Shown here one piece after another: positions 20,420-30,944 of a DNA stretch of 64,000 bases. Position 1 is the stretch's first letter, and every line of letters starts with the position of its first letter. A program made the position numbers and the translations under genes. The notes beneath the pieces are model-generated. The model was not told the DNA's origin. It ran no database searches and worked only from the letters and a program-made list of their open reading frames with translations. Source of the DNA: Savitreella phatthalungensis (lineage: Eukaryota). The stretch is taken from NCBI GenBank assembly GCA_051599415.1, contig AP039689.1, positions 930,001 to 994,000 of the forward strand, read 5' to 3'.

Positions 20420-22060
20420 ATGTCAAGCTCGAGAGCATCGACCATGTCTGGCTCCGGGCCTGATGCGGTGGTTGACGCTGCTACTGTAGCAGCCCGAGAA
20501 CCTGCAAAAGGGACAAGGCCGTCGGCGTTCATGCAGGTGACCGCGTTCGCCGTCACGATGACACCGAAGCTGATTGCGTCTGCGATGTACGAGACTGCGA
20601 AGCTCAGAAGAACTGCCCAGACGGATTTGACGGTGCGCGAAGCACTAATTGTCAACACGATGAAGAATATGCTGACCGCTGGCGGCAAGATCTCAGTTGA
20701 GGAGCTCCAGGTATTGGCTAAGACGAAAATGGGCCCGAATGGTCCACCGAGCAGACGGCAGTGGGGGATCAACCACCGAATCGATCTCACATCGCGCGAC
20801 GAGATTGTTGCTGCAGTCTCGCATGCAATGAAGACGTTGTGTCCCGCAGAGATTCCTGTAGACGGTCTGCCGACGGCGGAGTTCATCGACGTCAAGGGCG
20901 AGTGGGAAGCAGCTAGGACATTCACAGGGTCGATCAAGTATTTGACCGCGCAGGAGCGATTCGACAAGATGCAAGCCGATCTGCCCGACAAGGAGACCGT
21001 TTTACTGTACTTCCACGGCGGCGCATACTACGTCGGCACACCAGCCGTTCATCGTGCGCTTGTCGTCCGGCTGTGTAAGAGAGCTGGGATCAAGTCGTTC
21101 AGCGTGGATTACCGACTTGCGCCATACCACCAGCTGCCTGCGGCGCTGATGGATTGTCTGGGTGCGTATGAGTACTTGCTGAATCCGCCAGCAGGTGCAC
21201 TCCACAAGGCTGTGCCGGCGAGCAAGATCGTGTTTGGCGGTGATTCTGCGGGTGGTGGATTGGTAGCATCACTACTTCAAATCATCAAGCACAGTGGCGG
21301 GAGGTGGCCGATGCCAGGGGGTGCCATCATGATCTCACCCTGGGTCGACATGACCAGCAGCTACCAGTTTGTCGACGGCGTCTCATACGAAGGCAAGGGA
21401 GACTACCTCCCGAATCTCGTCGACCCGAAAGGTCAGATGTTCCGGAAACGAAAGCGAAGTATCTGGCCGTCAGACGTATCCACCGTCCAACCGTACTGTG
21501 CGGATGCTCACCTGATGCACCCGCTCGCCAGCCCCGTCAGGATCAGGGACTGGGAAGGGCTTTGTCCAGTGATTGTGGAGTGCGGGGTGGTGGAGCGGTT
21601 GCATGCGGAAGTGAGGAAAATCACCCAGCAGATGGTGACGAGTGGGGTGGCAGTGTCTTTCGCAGAGTACGAAAGTATGCCACACGTGTTTCATCTCATC
21701 CTGCCTGATCACGGGTCAACAATCACGAGCTACAGAAGAATGGCGGCGTTCATTCAGCGTATGACAAAAGGTGGAAAGTTACCTGCATCAGAAGGTGGAA
21801 GGAGCACTGCAGGTGATGAAATAGGAGACGGACATGGCAGTGCTAGTGGCAATGGCAGTGGCAGTGGCAGTGGCGATGGCAGTGAATCACTCGAGGACGA
21901 GGCTCTGTTTGCTGCGCCACTCACTGTGAGAGCGAGGCACGGGATTGTCAAAGTGCTTGAGCCATGGGAATTCTGTCTGATTGATCAGGCGACTCTGCTT
22001 GACCGGATGACAAAGGCAAAGGCATTCTTGATCGGAAGAGGTCCAAAGCCTGCATTGTAA
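20420..22060 (+). CDS. Hormone-sensitive-lipase-family alpha/beta hydrolase
   Basis: FHGGAY, VDYRLAP, GDSAGG nucleophile elbow, SPWVD and MPHVF. First ATG at 20420. Confidence 0.9.
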   Translation: MSSSRASTMSGSGPDAVVDAATVAAREPAKGTRPSAFMQVTAFAVTMTPKLIASAMYETAKLRRTAQTDLTVREALIVNTMKNMLTAGGKISVEELQVLAKTKMGPNGPPSRRQWGINHRIDLTSRDEIVAAVSHAMKTLCPAEIPVDGLPTAEFIDVKGEWEAARTFTGSIKYLTAQERFDKMQADLPDKETVLLYFHGGAYYVGTPAVHRALVVRLCKRAGIKSFSVDYRLAPYHQLPAALMDCLGAYEYLLNPPAGALHKAVPASKIVFGGDSAGGGLVASLLQIIKHSGGRWPMPGGAIMISPWVDMTSSYQFVDGVSYEGKGDYLPNLVDPKGQMFRKRKRSIWPSDVSTVQPYCADAHLMHPLASPVRIRDWEGLCPVIVECGVVERLHAEVRKITQQMVTSGVAVSFAEYESMPHVFHLILPDHGSTITSYRRMAAFIQRMTKGGKLPASEGGRSTAGDEIGDGHGSASGNGSGSGSGDGSESLEDEALFAAPLTVRARHGIVKVLEPWEFCLIDQATLLDRMTKAKAFLIGRGPKPAL

Positions 22061-22232
22061 TGTAAAGATAGAGAGAGTTGAGCACTTGGTATTTATTCAC
22101 TCGATGATGATCTTGATGAATATGACGATGATGTTGATGCATGATGTTCGGAGTGAGCCCTTGTGCGTGACAAAGTTATGCATTCATTCATGAATTCATT
22201 CATTGCATTGCATTGATCACTCACGCGTGAAT

Positions 22233-22279
22233 CAGAACCAGAAATCAGAAATCAGAAATCAGAAATCAGAAATCAGAAC
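22233..22279 (+). repeat. (CAGAAAT)n heptamer tandem repeat
   Basis: Five perfect CAGAAAT units at 22239-22273, flanked by imperfect CAGAAC copies. Confidence 0.9.
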
Positions 22280-22609
22280 ATGCACATGCAGATGGGTCAG
22301 GATCAGACTTTTCAAATTTAGCAGCGTTCAAAATTCATGTCATGTATCCATGCATTCATCCATTCATGCATCCGTTCGTTCAGATCAGTCATTGACCCAA
22401 GCACCTGCGCTATACATCTTTCTATCGGTTTGCACCCATTGACAGAGCAACGAATTCAGAACCGGACGTACGTTCAAATGCATGCAACCAAGAGAAAATA
22501 AAGTACAAAAGGCAAAGCCAAGGAAGAAAAGATCCAGGCTCACTCAAATCGGTTGCCCAGACGAGTTTGTGAGTATGCATGATTCCAGAACGGTAATCAA
22601 AACAAATCA

Positions 22610-22730
22610 ATATCCATCCATCCACTCCATCCAACCATCCAACCATCCATCCATCCTTCAATCCAGTCATCCATTGATCCAAAGTCATAGCAACCTACCA
22701 ACAATCCAACCAACATCATCACTCCATTCA
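22610..22730 (+). repeat. (CCAT/CCAA)n low-complexity tract upstream of BUD4
   Basis: Runs of atccatccatcc and ccaaccatcc. Confidence 0.75.
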
Positions 22731-23158
22731 TACAGGACTCTATTCAGTACACTCACTTGACATCACGACCGGAAGCATCTGAACATTCAACTTCTAGCTC
22801 TCCTCAAGCTTCTGTGGAAAGCATCATCGCTTCGTAGCTCATCAGGTTCTGCTAGTCGAGCGCTCGTCAGCAACGTTCCTCCATCAATAGGCAGAGACAA
22901 CAACACTACCAGGAATGCTTCATTGCTGATAGATCACCCCAGAGCATCACCGAATTTTCAGTTTTCCACATCTCCATCCGAGATCAAGTCACCTGCTCGA
23001 GATCTCCCTGGTACATCACCTGTGATCGCATGACTGCTCTCTGAAACAAACGTGCGATCAACCATCACCTCGATCCAACACAGCAAAGGCATCCTTCATC
23101 ATACCACCAGCCATTCATCAATACCGTTATCCACCGAACGCGCTTCCCATCTTCACAT

Positions 23159-26100
23159 ATGTCGATTCCCACTAGCCCCCGGGATACCCGCAGCAGCTTC
23201 TGGCTCAGCAAAGCAGAACTCGCCCCTCCCCTTGCTAAAGACCACTCACCAGCAGTCTCACCCCGCAGCAAGGTCTCACCCATGCTAGAATCCCTTCAGA
23301 ACACACTCGTTGCAAAGACACAGAACCCTCGTAACCAGGGGCGTGTCATCGATCTCCCCCCAAAAGCTGTCTCAAATTCACCATTCACTCAGGCAGATCG
23401 CGCTGGCGAGCCATATGACAAGCGCGCAATGCCCATGACTGAAGCAAGAAGGGAAGCGCTTGGTCTAGTTGGGCGGTCCCCATCACCGCAGCGTGACGCT
23501 TCATATGATGATGACGATCGAGAGGAAGAATCTATGACTGACGAGTCACGGCCGCGACGAGAATCAGCACGAGGATCGAAGCAGCAACGGCGAGCAGAAT
23601 CACCGTCAATCCTGCGGCGGCCGGATTCACCTCAGAAGACGGGTCTCAAGCGTGTCAAGAGTGTCACTTTCACAGAATCACCTGAAGTGCGCGAAATGTC
23701 AGATACCTCTTTCGCGAGTGACGCTCTCAGCATGCATGACTATGCTTCACCACGACCGGATTATGCTGCTTCAGATGCCGGATCAGACGACAGCTTTGAC
23801 ATTCTGCGGCACGCAGGTCAGCGAAAACAGAGCGACGATGAAGAGGAAGAAGCACCAACCAACCGAGTATTGGATCTTGATCTTGACGGACAAGCCATCA
23901 CACCGGATGTGGTGTATTCGAAGCGATTTCTGCACACAGTCGACGAGCAGAAAATTACACAGCCGAGAGCATTGCCTACACCACCAGTCAATGCACAACC
24001 GACCCCTCTCCTAGCTGCAGCTGCTGCCGGAGCACTGCCATCAATCAAAGCAGCACCTCGTCCTCTACCGACTCTCCCAACTCAAACCACCAAGCAAGCA
24101 CGCTCATCTTCTCCTGAACAGAAGCTTTTGGCCAATAGGCAGGAAGATGTCGATCATGAATTTGTCGGACTTGGACTAAAACTTGCTCCCAAAGAACGAG
24201 ATGCCAAGGATGTGCCGATTCTAAGCGCGCCTAGACCGCCAAAACGTGCTGATCTTCGTGTAGACAGCGACTCCGATGACACAGATCCTGACTACGGCCG
24301 CAAGCACAGTCCAGCGCTCGAGCCTGCTCAAAGACCCGAAACTGCAAGTTCTCTTGCATCACGCCGCCTCGATTCATCCTCCTCGATCCGCATTTCGCCC
24401 TCAAAGATCGATCTCGCCACTCTGGCTGTCCATGGCTACGCAGCAACCACTGATCAGAATCAGATCGATCAGTACGAGTCGAGCAGCAGGAGCGACAGCC
24501 GAGCTGACAGCCGCACCGATAGTCGGACAGACATGTACCAGGCGATCGAGCGAAAGGTTTCCGATACTCATCCTATGACACCGCGCGAACAGCTCGAAGC
24601 CAACATCCCGGAGCCTGCATCCGCCCGCGCACTGCACCATGTACGTGAGAAGCGCAAGTCACTGCTAGAGAACGTTGATGGAGTGCTCTCTTTGCAACCT
24701 CCACCGAGTATGGATGAGCACGAAGTCGAGCTACACACAGAAGTCGAGGAGGACGAGGTCTATGTACCGCAACGCACTCTGCCTGAAGGTCTTGCAGACT
24801 TACCCTCTTATCTATGTCATCTTCCACCGGAACTCGAAGACGACACAGTCGTGGTACATGCACCTGACTCGCCTGTCAAAAAGGCTGCGATACTTATGGA
24901 ACGGAGAGCCTCAGAGACAGCATCGTTGACCAGGCTAGAGGTCGCTGATCCGCCGACGACGGACGAAGACTCGCCAGCATTACAGACTGAGGGTGAAGAA
25001 GATGAATCACATCCACGCACACCTCCATCGCCCTTGTCGGCGTTCGATCTCAAACCGAAGACGCTTGACATCGACCTCGGTGGCTTAGGCGACTCCTTTG
25101 CCTCATTCGGACTAGACGACTTCCTTAATCCAGACAAGTCAAAGCCGGAGACACCAATAGAGTCACGCAGTGTCACAGGAGCTGGCGACCTGTCCCCGAC
25201 AAAGCCTGCTACTCCGACTGGTGCATATAAACCTTCGAAGCTGTCTGACTGGATGAAAGAGATGGATCGCAGTCAAAGATCGAATCGTGAGCCTGCGACA
25301 ATCACATCGCGTGGTGGGTCCAACAAGCTTAGGACACGGCCGAGCATGACGCCCGGGGAAGCTTTCGAGCTTGCGTCCCGTCGGCGCGAGTTGACAGCGG
25401 AAGTGAATGAGCCCTCTTCTCCAGGCTCGCAGCAGTCGACGTACTACCCACCGCATCTCGGAGGCTCTTCTATCGCGCAACGTGATGTCTCGCTCGACGA
25501 CATCAACAAAGCGTTTGAGCGAATCTCTTCGCCACCCAAGAAGACCTACGTGATTCGCGAACAACCTGCCATGGTCGTTGCAACGGCCGAGGCCAGGCGA
25601 CCTGCTTCTGCTCTGTCGGGTCAAGATTCGGTGTTTGAGAAGTCAAACAAGACGCCAGAGCTCGTGCAGCCCGATACACCGGCTGCTGCACAAGCTGAGC
25701 TCGCTCGCAGGGCGGTCGACATCAAGAAAGGACACACTCGTCAAGCGAGTTCGACCTTCACGGATGTCAGCGTCACCTCCTCAGCCGCTGACGCGGGATC
25801 CAGTGAGAATGTCAAGGCTCATCACAAAGCAAAGGATCAGCAATCGTCTACAGCCGGTTCGGACATGATCGAAAATGCTGTCGAAACGATGGACGGCGGA
25901 CGACTGTTCATCAAGGTCGTTGGGGTGCGCGACGTGACCTTGCCTATCCCAAGTGGAGAGGAGTCCTTCTTCTGTTGCGTTCTCGACAACGGCAAGCACT
26001 GCGTGACTACGCCTTGGCACTCCCTCGCAACCGAACAACGCATTGACCAAGAATTCGAGCTCATCGCTGACCACGATCTCGAATTCGTGCTTACCCTCCA

Positions 26101-27499
26101 GGCCAAGTATGAAGAGCCAATCATCCCGCAGAGACCTAAGAGCACGCTCGGCAAGATTCTGTCTTCTCCGAAACGCCATCGTCCACAGGGAAGCATCACG
26201 TCGCTCACCCTGGCAGGACATGTTGCGGCAGACGGATCCTTCGCCCGCGCCCATCTCTCACTCAAGCAGTTCCAAGAGCAGTGCTTCGGACGTCCAGTCT
26301 CCACTACAGTCCCACTATACAATGAGTGGGCAACCGAGCCGACAGGCGCATCATCATCGTCAAAGCACCCTCAGACCAGACGTCGGCGGCCTTACCAAAT
26401 TGCCGATATGGAAATCCAGCTGCTGTACGTACCGCCGTGCTCAGATCCGTCATCATTCCCCACGTCCCTAGGTGCGGCAGTACGGGATGTGCGAGACGCC
26501 GAATGGCATCGCCAAACTCATCTCGACAGCTTCCTCTCACAACGCGGAGCGGACTGTCCGTTCTGGCGGCGCCGAAAGTTCAGGCTTGACGGCGCTAAGC
26601 TAGTCGCCTCACACGCACAGACAGGCAACCCCAGGGCGACCATCAACCTCGCGAAGCTTGTTGCTGTCACAGATGACCGAGACACCCTTACTGCACCTGA
26701 GGTCGACGTTGGCAAGGGAGACGCGCGCAAGCGCCGAAAGAGTGGATTCGCTGATCCAAAGAGCGCAGCACCATCACCTGCACTAACCGGCGATGGTGAT
26801 GACGATGAAGGCTATTTACATGTCACGACTGGATGGCGACTCAAGTTTGCCAACGGCGAGGTCATTGATTTCTACGCCGACAACGTCGCCGACAAGGAAA
26901 GGTGGGTCAATGTCCTACGTGCGATCGTGCGCAAGATCCCGCCACGCAAGGCATGGTGCAATGTCGTGCTTGACCGCGAGGCCAAACTCGGCATCACCCG
27001 TGCTGTCGTCGCCACGCAATCCAGCAGTCGTCCTCAGCACCAAAGACTTCCGCCGCCCCAGGGAGCACGCAATCAAGTTATCCCCGTACATGCAGGCGAA
27101 CGCCGTCTTCTCGCACAACAGCAACAGGCAGAAGCTCCACCGCCGCCGTCTCCGTCATCGTCTGCAAGATCAGCTGCACCATCAATGCAGCAACGGCCTG
27201 GTGCCATCTCCCCGCAAAAGCAGAGTGTACTCAGACATCAGTCCCAGCTCTCTGGATCTTCTCAGATGACCGGTGCTGGAACTTCACATCGTCGAGCAGA
27301 GTCATCCATGTCGCTCAACAAGCCACTCCCTCAGGGCACCAGCGCCAACACAAGTCCTGTCAAGCATGTTGCAGCAGCCTCAGGTCTAGCGTCCGTCCAA
27401 GACGTACCGCGACGACAAGGAGCCGCCAGGCAACCTCAATTCGTCGCCCAATCGATCGCTCATCACCCGAACCGCGTGTCCATGCAGCACGCTCCATGA
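23159..27499 (+). CDS. BUD4: Anillin-like septin organiser Bud4/Mid2
   Basis: GRLFIKVVGV, LDNGKHCVTTPW, QEFELI..HDLEFVLTL, C-terminal PH domain (FLSQRGADCPFWRRR, ATINL, FANGEVIDFYAD); long disordered N-terminus. Confidence 0.9.
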   Translation: MSIPTSPRDTRSSFWLSKAELAPPLAKDHSPAVSPRSKVSPMLESLQNTLVAKTQNPRNQGRVIDLPPKAVSNSPFTQADRAGEPYDKRAMPMTEARREALGLVGRSPSPQRDASYDDDDREEESMTDESRPRRESARGSKQQRRAESPSILRRPDSPQKTGLKRVKSVTFTESPEVREMSDTSFASDALSMHDYASPRPDYAASDAGSDDSFDILRHAGQRKQSDDEEEEAPTNRVLDLDLDGQAITPDVVYSKRFLHTVDEQKITQPRALPTPPVNAQPTPLLAAAAAGALPSIKAAPRPLPTLPTQTTKQARSSSPEQKLLANRQEDVDHEFVGLGLKLAPKERDAKDVPILSAPRPPKRADLRVDSDSDDTDPDYGRKHSPALEPAQRPETASSLASRRLDSSSSIRISPSKIDLATLAVHGYAATTDQNQIDQYESSSRSDSRADSRTDSRTDMYQAIERKVSDTHPMTPREQLEANIPEPASARALHHVREKRKSLLENVDGVLSLQPPPSMDEHEVELHTEVEEDEVYVPQRTLPEGLADLPSYLCHLPPELEDDTVVVHAPDSPVKKAAILMERRASETASLTRLEVADPPTTDEDSPALQTEGEEDESHPRTPPSPLSAFDLKPKTLDIDLGGLGDSFASFGLDDFLNPDKSKPETPIESRSVTGAGDLSPTKPATPTGAYKPSKLSDWMKEMDRSQRSNREPATITSRGGSNKLRTRPSMTPGEAFELASRRRELTAEVNEPSSPGSQQSTYYPPHLGGSSIAQRDVSLDDINKAFERISSPPKKTYVIREQPAMVVATAEARRPASALSGQDSVFEKSNKTPELVQPDTPAAAQAELARRAVDIKKGHTRQASSTFTDVSVTSSAADAGSSENVKAHHKAKDQQSSTAGSDMIENAVETMDGGRLFIKVVGVRDVTLPIPSGEESFFCCVLDNGKHCVTTPWHSLATEQRIDQEFELIADHDLEFVLTLQAKYEEPIIPQRPKSTLGKILSSPKRHRPQGSITSLTLAGHVAADGSFARAHLSLKQFQEQCFGRPVSTTVPLYNEWATEPTGASSSSKHPQTRRRRPYQIADMEIQLLYVPPCSDPSSFPTSLGAAVRDVRDAEWHRQTHLDSFLSQRGADCPFWRRRKFRLDGAKLVASHAQTGNPRATINLAKLVAVTDDRDTLTAPEVDVGKGDARKRRKSGFADPKSAAPSPALTGDGDDDEGYLHVTTGWRLKFANGEVIDFYADNVADKERWVNVLRAIVRKIPPRKAWCNVVLDREAKLGITRAVVATQSSSRPQHQRLPPPQGARNQVIPVHAGERRLLAQQQQAEAPPPPSPSSSARSAAPSMQQRPGAISPQKQSVLRHQSQLSGSSQMTGAGTSHRRAESSMSLNKPLPQGTSANTSPVKHVAAASGLASVQDVPRRQGAARQPQFVAQSIAHHPNRVSMQHAP

Positions 27500-27591
27500 C
27501 AAGGTGGTTGAGCATTTCCATATCATCTCGTAATGTTACACGCAAAACAGCATAGGCGTTCTACAAATTGATTCTTCTTCTCCTTCTCACG

Positions 27592-28668
27592 TCAGTCGAC
27601 CTCCGCAGCCTCGTACGGGACGATAATGTGCGCGAGAATATCTGGATCAGTGTCTGATGGCGGGTTTGTGCGTGGTTTCGTGTTGTCAAACTCTGTCATT
27701 TCAAGATCTTTGCTCGCCACCATAACCACCTCCTCACGCTTCACCCGACGCAGCTTCTCCACAAACCCGAGCCCGAACTCACAGTGTCCGAGTCCAGCGA
27801 TCGCTAGCACAAGCGTCTCGTCATCTCCACTCCCAACAATCTCGTCAATCACCCACGCCATAAACGTATCCTTGAGCGACTGCGCCGCCAGCAGACCCTT
27901 CTCAAAGTATGCGTGTGCAACTCTACCACCCTTGAGAGGCTTCCCCTCACGATCGACGAGCGATGTCTCTGGCGGGGTAGTGGGTGGTCGTCCTCGAGTC
28001 ATGCTCTCCAAATAACTGACTGCGTCCGTGGAGAGTGTGGTGACATCGTCCCACCGATCAAACTCTTTCGGGATCTCGTCCGCATGCTCGGCTCTCGCAT
28101 CACCAACACTCTTTCTGAAAACCGTCGACGCCCACCGCCGATCGGGAAACCCACCGACCACGCGCACCTCAAGCTCCCGGCACACCGACAGCAGCGGCAT
28201 GTAGTGAGCTAGTCTGAACCCTTCGCGAGATTCAGCATACGCCGCTACCAAATCGTCACCACTCAGCGTGCCGGCGCCAAAGGCATCCAGCAGCGGCTGC
28301 TGGCACACGTTGAAGTGCTCGAGGACGAGGACGAGGTGGTGGTGTCGTTGGGCTAGGGCGTGGAGGGTTTGGAGCTGGGCTTTCAGAACGGTTGGTTGGT
28401 GGTGCTGCTCGCCGAACGTCACTAGCCGCGTGCGACAGCGATCTACCATCTCACATACCGTCTGCGCGAGCGGCGTCATTTCGTCGGCGCGTGGGAGGAT
28501 CGTAGACCATGGGTTCTCTTGGACCTGGGCATCCACGGAATCAACCGTCGTCCATCTGAATCGCGGCACCCGTGACATCCCGCCATAGCACAAAGTCGGT
28601 GAGAGACGGCTGACGACCCGGCTTACAGATGATGCTCCCGGCATCTGCTTCTTTGAAGCTCCGCTCAT
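27592..28668 (-). CDS. ChaN-like (haem-binding uptake, TIKI/EreA/ChaN superfamily) protein
   Basis: VTFGEQH..P.V..AQL, LVLEHF...QQPLLDAF, YMPLL, AQSLKDTFMA and IAGLGHCEFG follow the ChaN pattern GExH...LEMF...Q..LD...AQ...D..MA...AG.GH. Confidence 0.75.
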   Translation of the reverse strand: MSGASKKQMPGASSVSRVVSRLSPTLCYGGMSRVPRFRWTTVDSVDAQVQENPWSTILPRADEMTPLAQTVCEMVDRCRTRLVTFGEQHHQPTVLKAQLQTLHALAQRHHHLVLVLEHFNVCQQPLLDAFGAGTLSGDDLVAAYAESREGFRLAHYMPLLSVCRELEVRVVGGFPDRRWASTVFRKSVGDARAEHADEIPKEFDRWDDVTTLSTDAVSYLESMTRGRPPTTPPETSLVDREGKPLKGGRVAHAYFEKGLLAAQSLKDTFMAWVIDEIVGSGDDETLVLAIAGLGHCEFGLGFVEKLRRVKREEVVMVASKDLEMTEFDNTKPRTNPPSDTDPDILAHIIVPYEAAEVD

Positions 28669-28874
28669 GCGAAATCAAGCATGGAAGAGGTGTTAGCGTG
28701 AGGAGCCTGTAGCATTGTTTTTTTGGGAGGATGAAATGACGTCGAGTTTGATCACGACGGGTTACTGCATGCATGCAATTTGGCCAAGCGCTCACTCTGG
28801 ATACTTCATATGCACTGCTTCGCAGCACTTCACTCCTAGGTCAAGGTCGAAAGACACGGAACGCACTCTCTCCT

Positions 28875-29888
28875 ATGAACGCATCCGGCATCCAAGTCTC
28901 CGATGCGCTGCAGCAGGCGTACGCATGTCTAGCCCAAGGCTCAGCGTTGAAGGTCAGCATCGTGTCCGAGTCGCTCGAGCCTGCAGGCACTGTGAATGGT
29001 GCGGATGGCGATCAGGCTGTGTTTGATGGACTCGGTGGGCTGGTCAAGGATGATGAGGCTGCTTACTTTGTGGTGAAGGCGCGTAGTGGGGAGGTGGTGT
29101 TGGTGAGTTATGTGAGCGATAGTGCTGCTGTCAGAGACAAGATGACGTACGCGAGCACCCGCCAGACACTCGCCCGTGGTCTCAAGACAGGCTACGCGTA
29201 CTTCACGACAAGCAAAAGCGAGCTGAGCTGGCAGAGCTATGCGCGAGAGCGTGGTCTGGATGGAAGCGGTGCACGCCAGTCTGCTGCGACCGCTGGAGGG
29301 CTCTCGAAGGACGAAGAAGCATTGAAGGGAATCAAGGCAGACGAGCAGGATATTCACAACACATCATCACGGCGAGCGATCGCCTCCTCAGGAGTCGGAA
29401 TGCCAATTGATGATGATGCGACATCGGCATTGAATGCACTGGCTACAGCGTCACGCACGCGATACGTCATCCTTGCGATCGATGTTGCCGCGGAACGAGT
29501 ACGACTCGATAGCACCGGGGACGTGGAGTCCTTAGAAGATTTGCCAGCAAAACTGAGCAAGGATGCTCCACGATACTTGTTCCTGTCTCACGCGTACGTT
29601 GACACTGGTGATACAGATGACACGACCGCAGCGGACCAAGAAGCTGCCAGCGGGAAATCAAAGATTGTCTTTGTGTATCTCTGTCCGGAGACGACAAAGG
29701 TGAAGGAACGAATGCTCTACTCGTCCAATCGCGCTGCTGTCCTTGCCAGCGCAGAGGCTGCATTCAGAGTAGATGTCAAGTTCGAGGGGGAGACGCTAGA
29801 TGTGGCAGACTTGAAAGAGCGCATCGCTCCGGCAAAGCAGAACTCCACGCAGCGCTTCACAAAGCCTCGACGGCCAGGTAGGAAGTAG
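28875..29888 (+). CDS. TWF1: Twinfilin (two ADF-H domains)
   Basis: SGI near the start, YVSDSAAVRDKMTYASTR, FVYLCP..TKVKERMLYSS and C-terminal FTKPRRPGRK. Start placed at MNASGIQ. Confidence 0.92.
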   Translation: MNASGIQVSDALQQAYACLAQGSALKVSIVSESLEPAGTVNGADGDQAVFDGLGGLVKDDEAAYFVVKARSGEVVLVSYVSDSAAVRDKMTYASTRQTLARGLKTGYAYFTTSKSELSWQSYARERGLDGSGARQSAATAGGLSKDEEALKGIKADEQDIHNTSSRRAIASSGVGMPIDDDATSALNALATASRTRYVILAIDVAAERVRLDSTGDVESLEDLPAKLSKDAPRYLFLSHAYVDTGDTDDTTAADQEAASGKSKIVFVYLCPETTKVKERMLYSSNRAAVLASAEAAFRVDVKFEGETLDVADLKERIAPAKQNSTQRFTKPRRPGRK

Positions 29889-29915
29889 TGAGCCTCTCTC
29901 GGTAATTTACACTTC

Positions 29916-30713
29916 TCATGGGCGATCCTTCATGAAAGCCGTGATCGCCTCGACTGTGAGGATGAATGATTCATCAAGCGAACCTCTCGTATTCCGCTGC
30001 GTTACAACACCTGTCTGATTTTGCGGTCTTGGAGATCCCCTGACGTCCGAGTCCTCGTATAGCCATGAATGCCACTCGACGTAGCCAGGCCAGATGATAT
30101 CGTCCCAGTAGCCTGGCGGATCTGTCCAGGTCCCTTCGAGCGTGGCGTATGATCTCTGCTCGCGTCTCCGCTTCAGCTCAGCTGGATCGTCCCGCAGGTG
30201 TACACTCACATCGAGGACGTCCAGCAATTCGATCTCCCCTGCATCGCCCATACGCCGGTGGTGTAACATAAACCCATCGACGAGCAGCATCCCTCCAGTC
30301 GATCCCCACGCCACCTCCTGCAAAGCTCTCAATGCAGCATCTCGAGCTGCCGGCGAGACGGTGGATGAGGTGCTGACTGCGTTCTGATCCTCTTTCGAGC
30401 GCTGCTGGAGATCGCGCTCTGTGTGGGGAGAGAATGAGCCGGTGGCTGATGCTTTGTAATCTGCGATGGCGTCGCGCATCGCTGGGAGGTCGAGGGCGCC
30501 GGGACAGTCCCAGTCGACGAGATCCTGCCCGGCCGTAGGGGAGAATCTGCGCGGGAGGAGAGCTTCCGGCTTGTAGAAATCGTCCTGGTGGAGTAGTCGC
30601 ACTTTGCATCTCGCCGGGACGGACGACTGCAGGATCGAGTGCAGCGCTCGGCAGACAGTGGTCTTTCCTGTACCGCTGGCACCAGAGACACCGACCACGA
30701 TGCATCGTGACAT
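29916..30713 (-). CDS. NRK1: Nicotinamide riboside kinase
   Basis: VGVSGASGTGKTT, HQDDFYK, DWDCPGALD, RREQRSYATLEGTWTDPPGYWDDIIWPGY. Confidence 0.9.
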   Translation of the reverse strand: MSRCIVVGVSGASGTGKTTVCRALHSILQSSVPARCKVRLLHQDDFYKPEALLPRRFSPTAGQDLVDWDCPGALDLPAMRDAIADYKASATGSFSPHTERDLQQRSKEDQNAVSTSSTVSPAARDAALRALQEVAWGSTGGMLLVDGFMLHHRRMGDAGEIELLDVLDVSVHLRDDPAELKRRREQRSYATLEGTWTDPPGYWDDIIWPGYVEWHSWLYEDSDVRGSPRPQNQTGVVTQRNTRGSLDESFILTVEAITAFMKDRP

Positions 30714-30944
30714 GGCTGTGGTTATGGATACAAGACACGCCCACAGGTGGGGACGAAGAAATATGACGTCTTTCTCGATCAATCACATGCTAGCTGCTCG
30801 AATAGCAATTGACCTTGATTTTGGTGGAGATGATGTGTCTTGATCCCGAGGGTAGATTCCCATGGTTTGAATGCATAATGACAACCACGTCTACGGTATG
30901 AAAGATCTATACAACAGGTCAACTCGACGTCGTGAGCGAGGGTA

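Noticed and set aside
22233..22279. Tandem repeats considered as CRISPR or telomeric arrays
   Set aside because: No unique spacers, eukaryotic context, short and internal; these are simple satellites.
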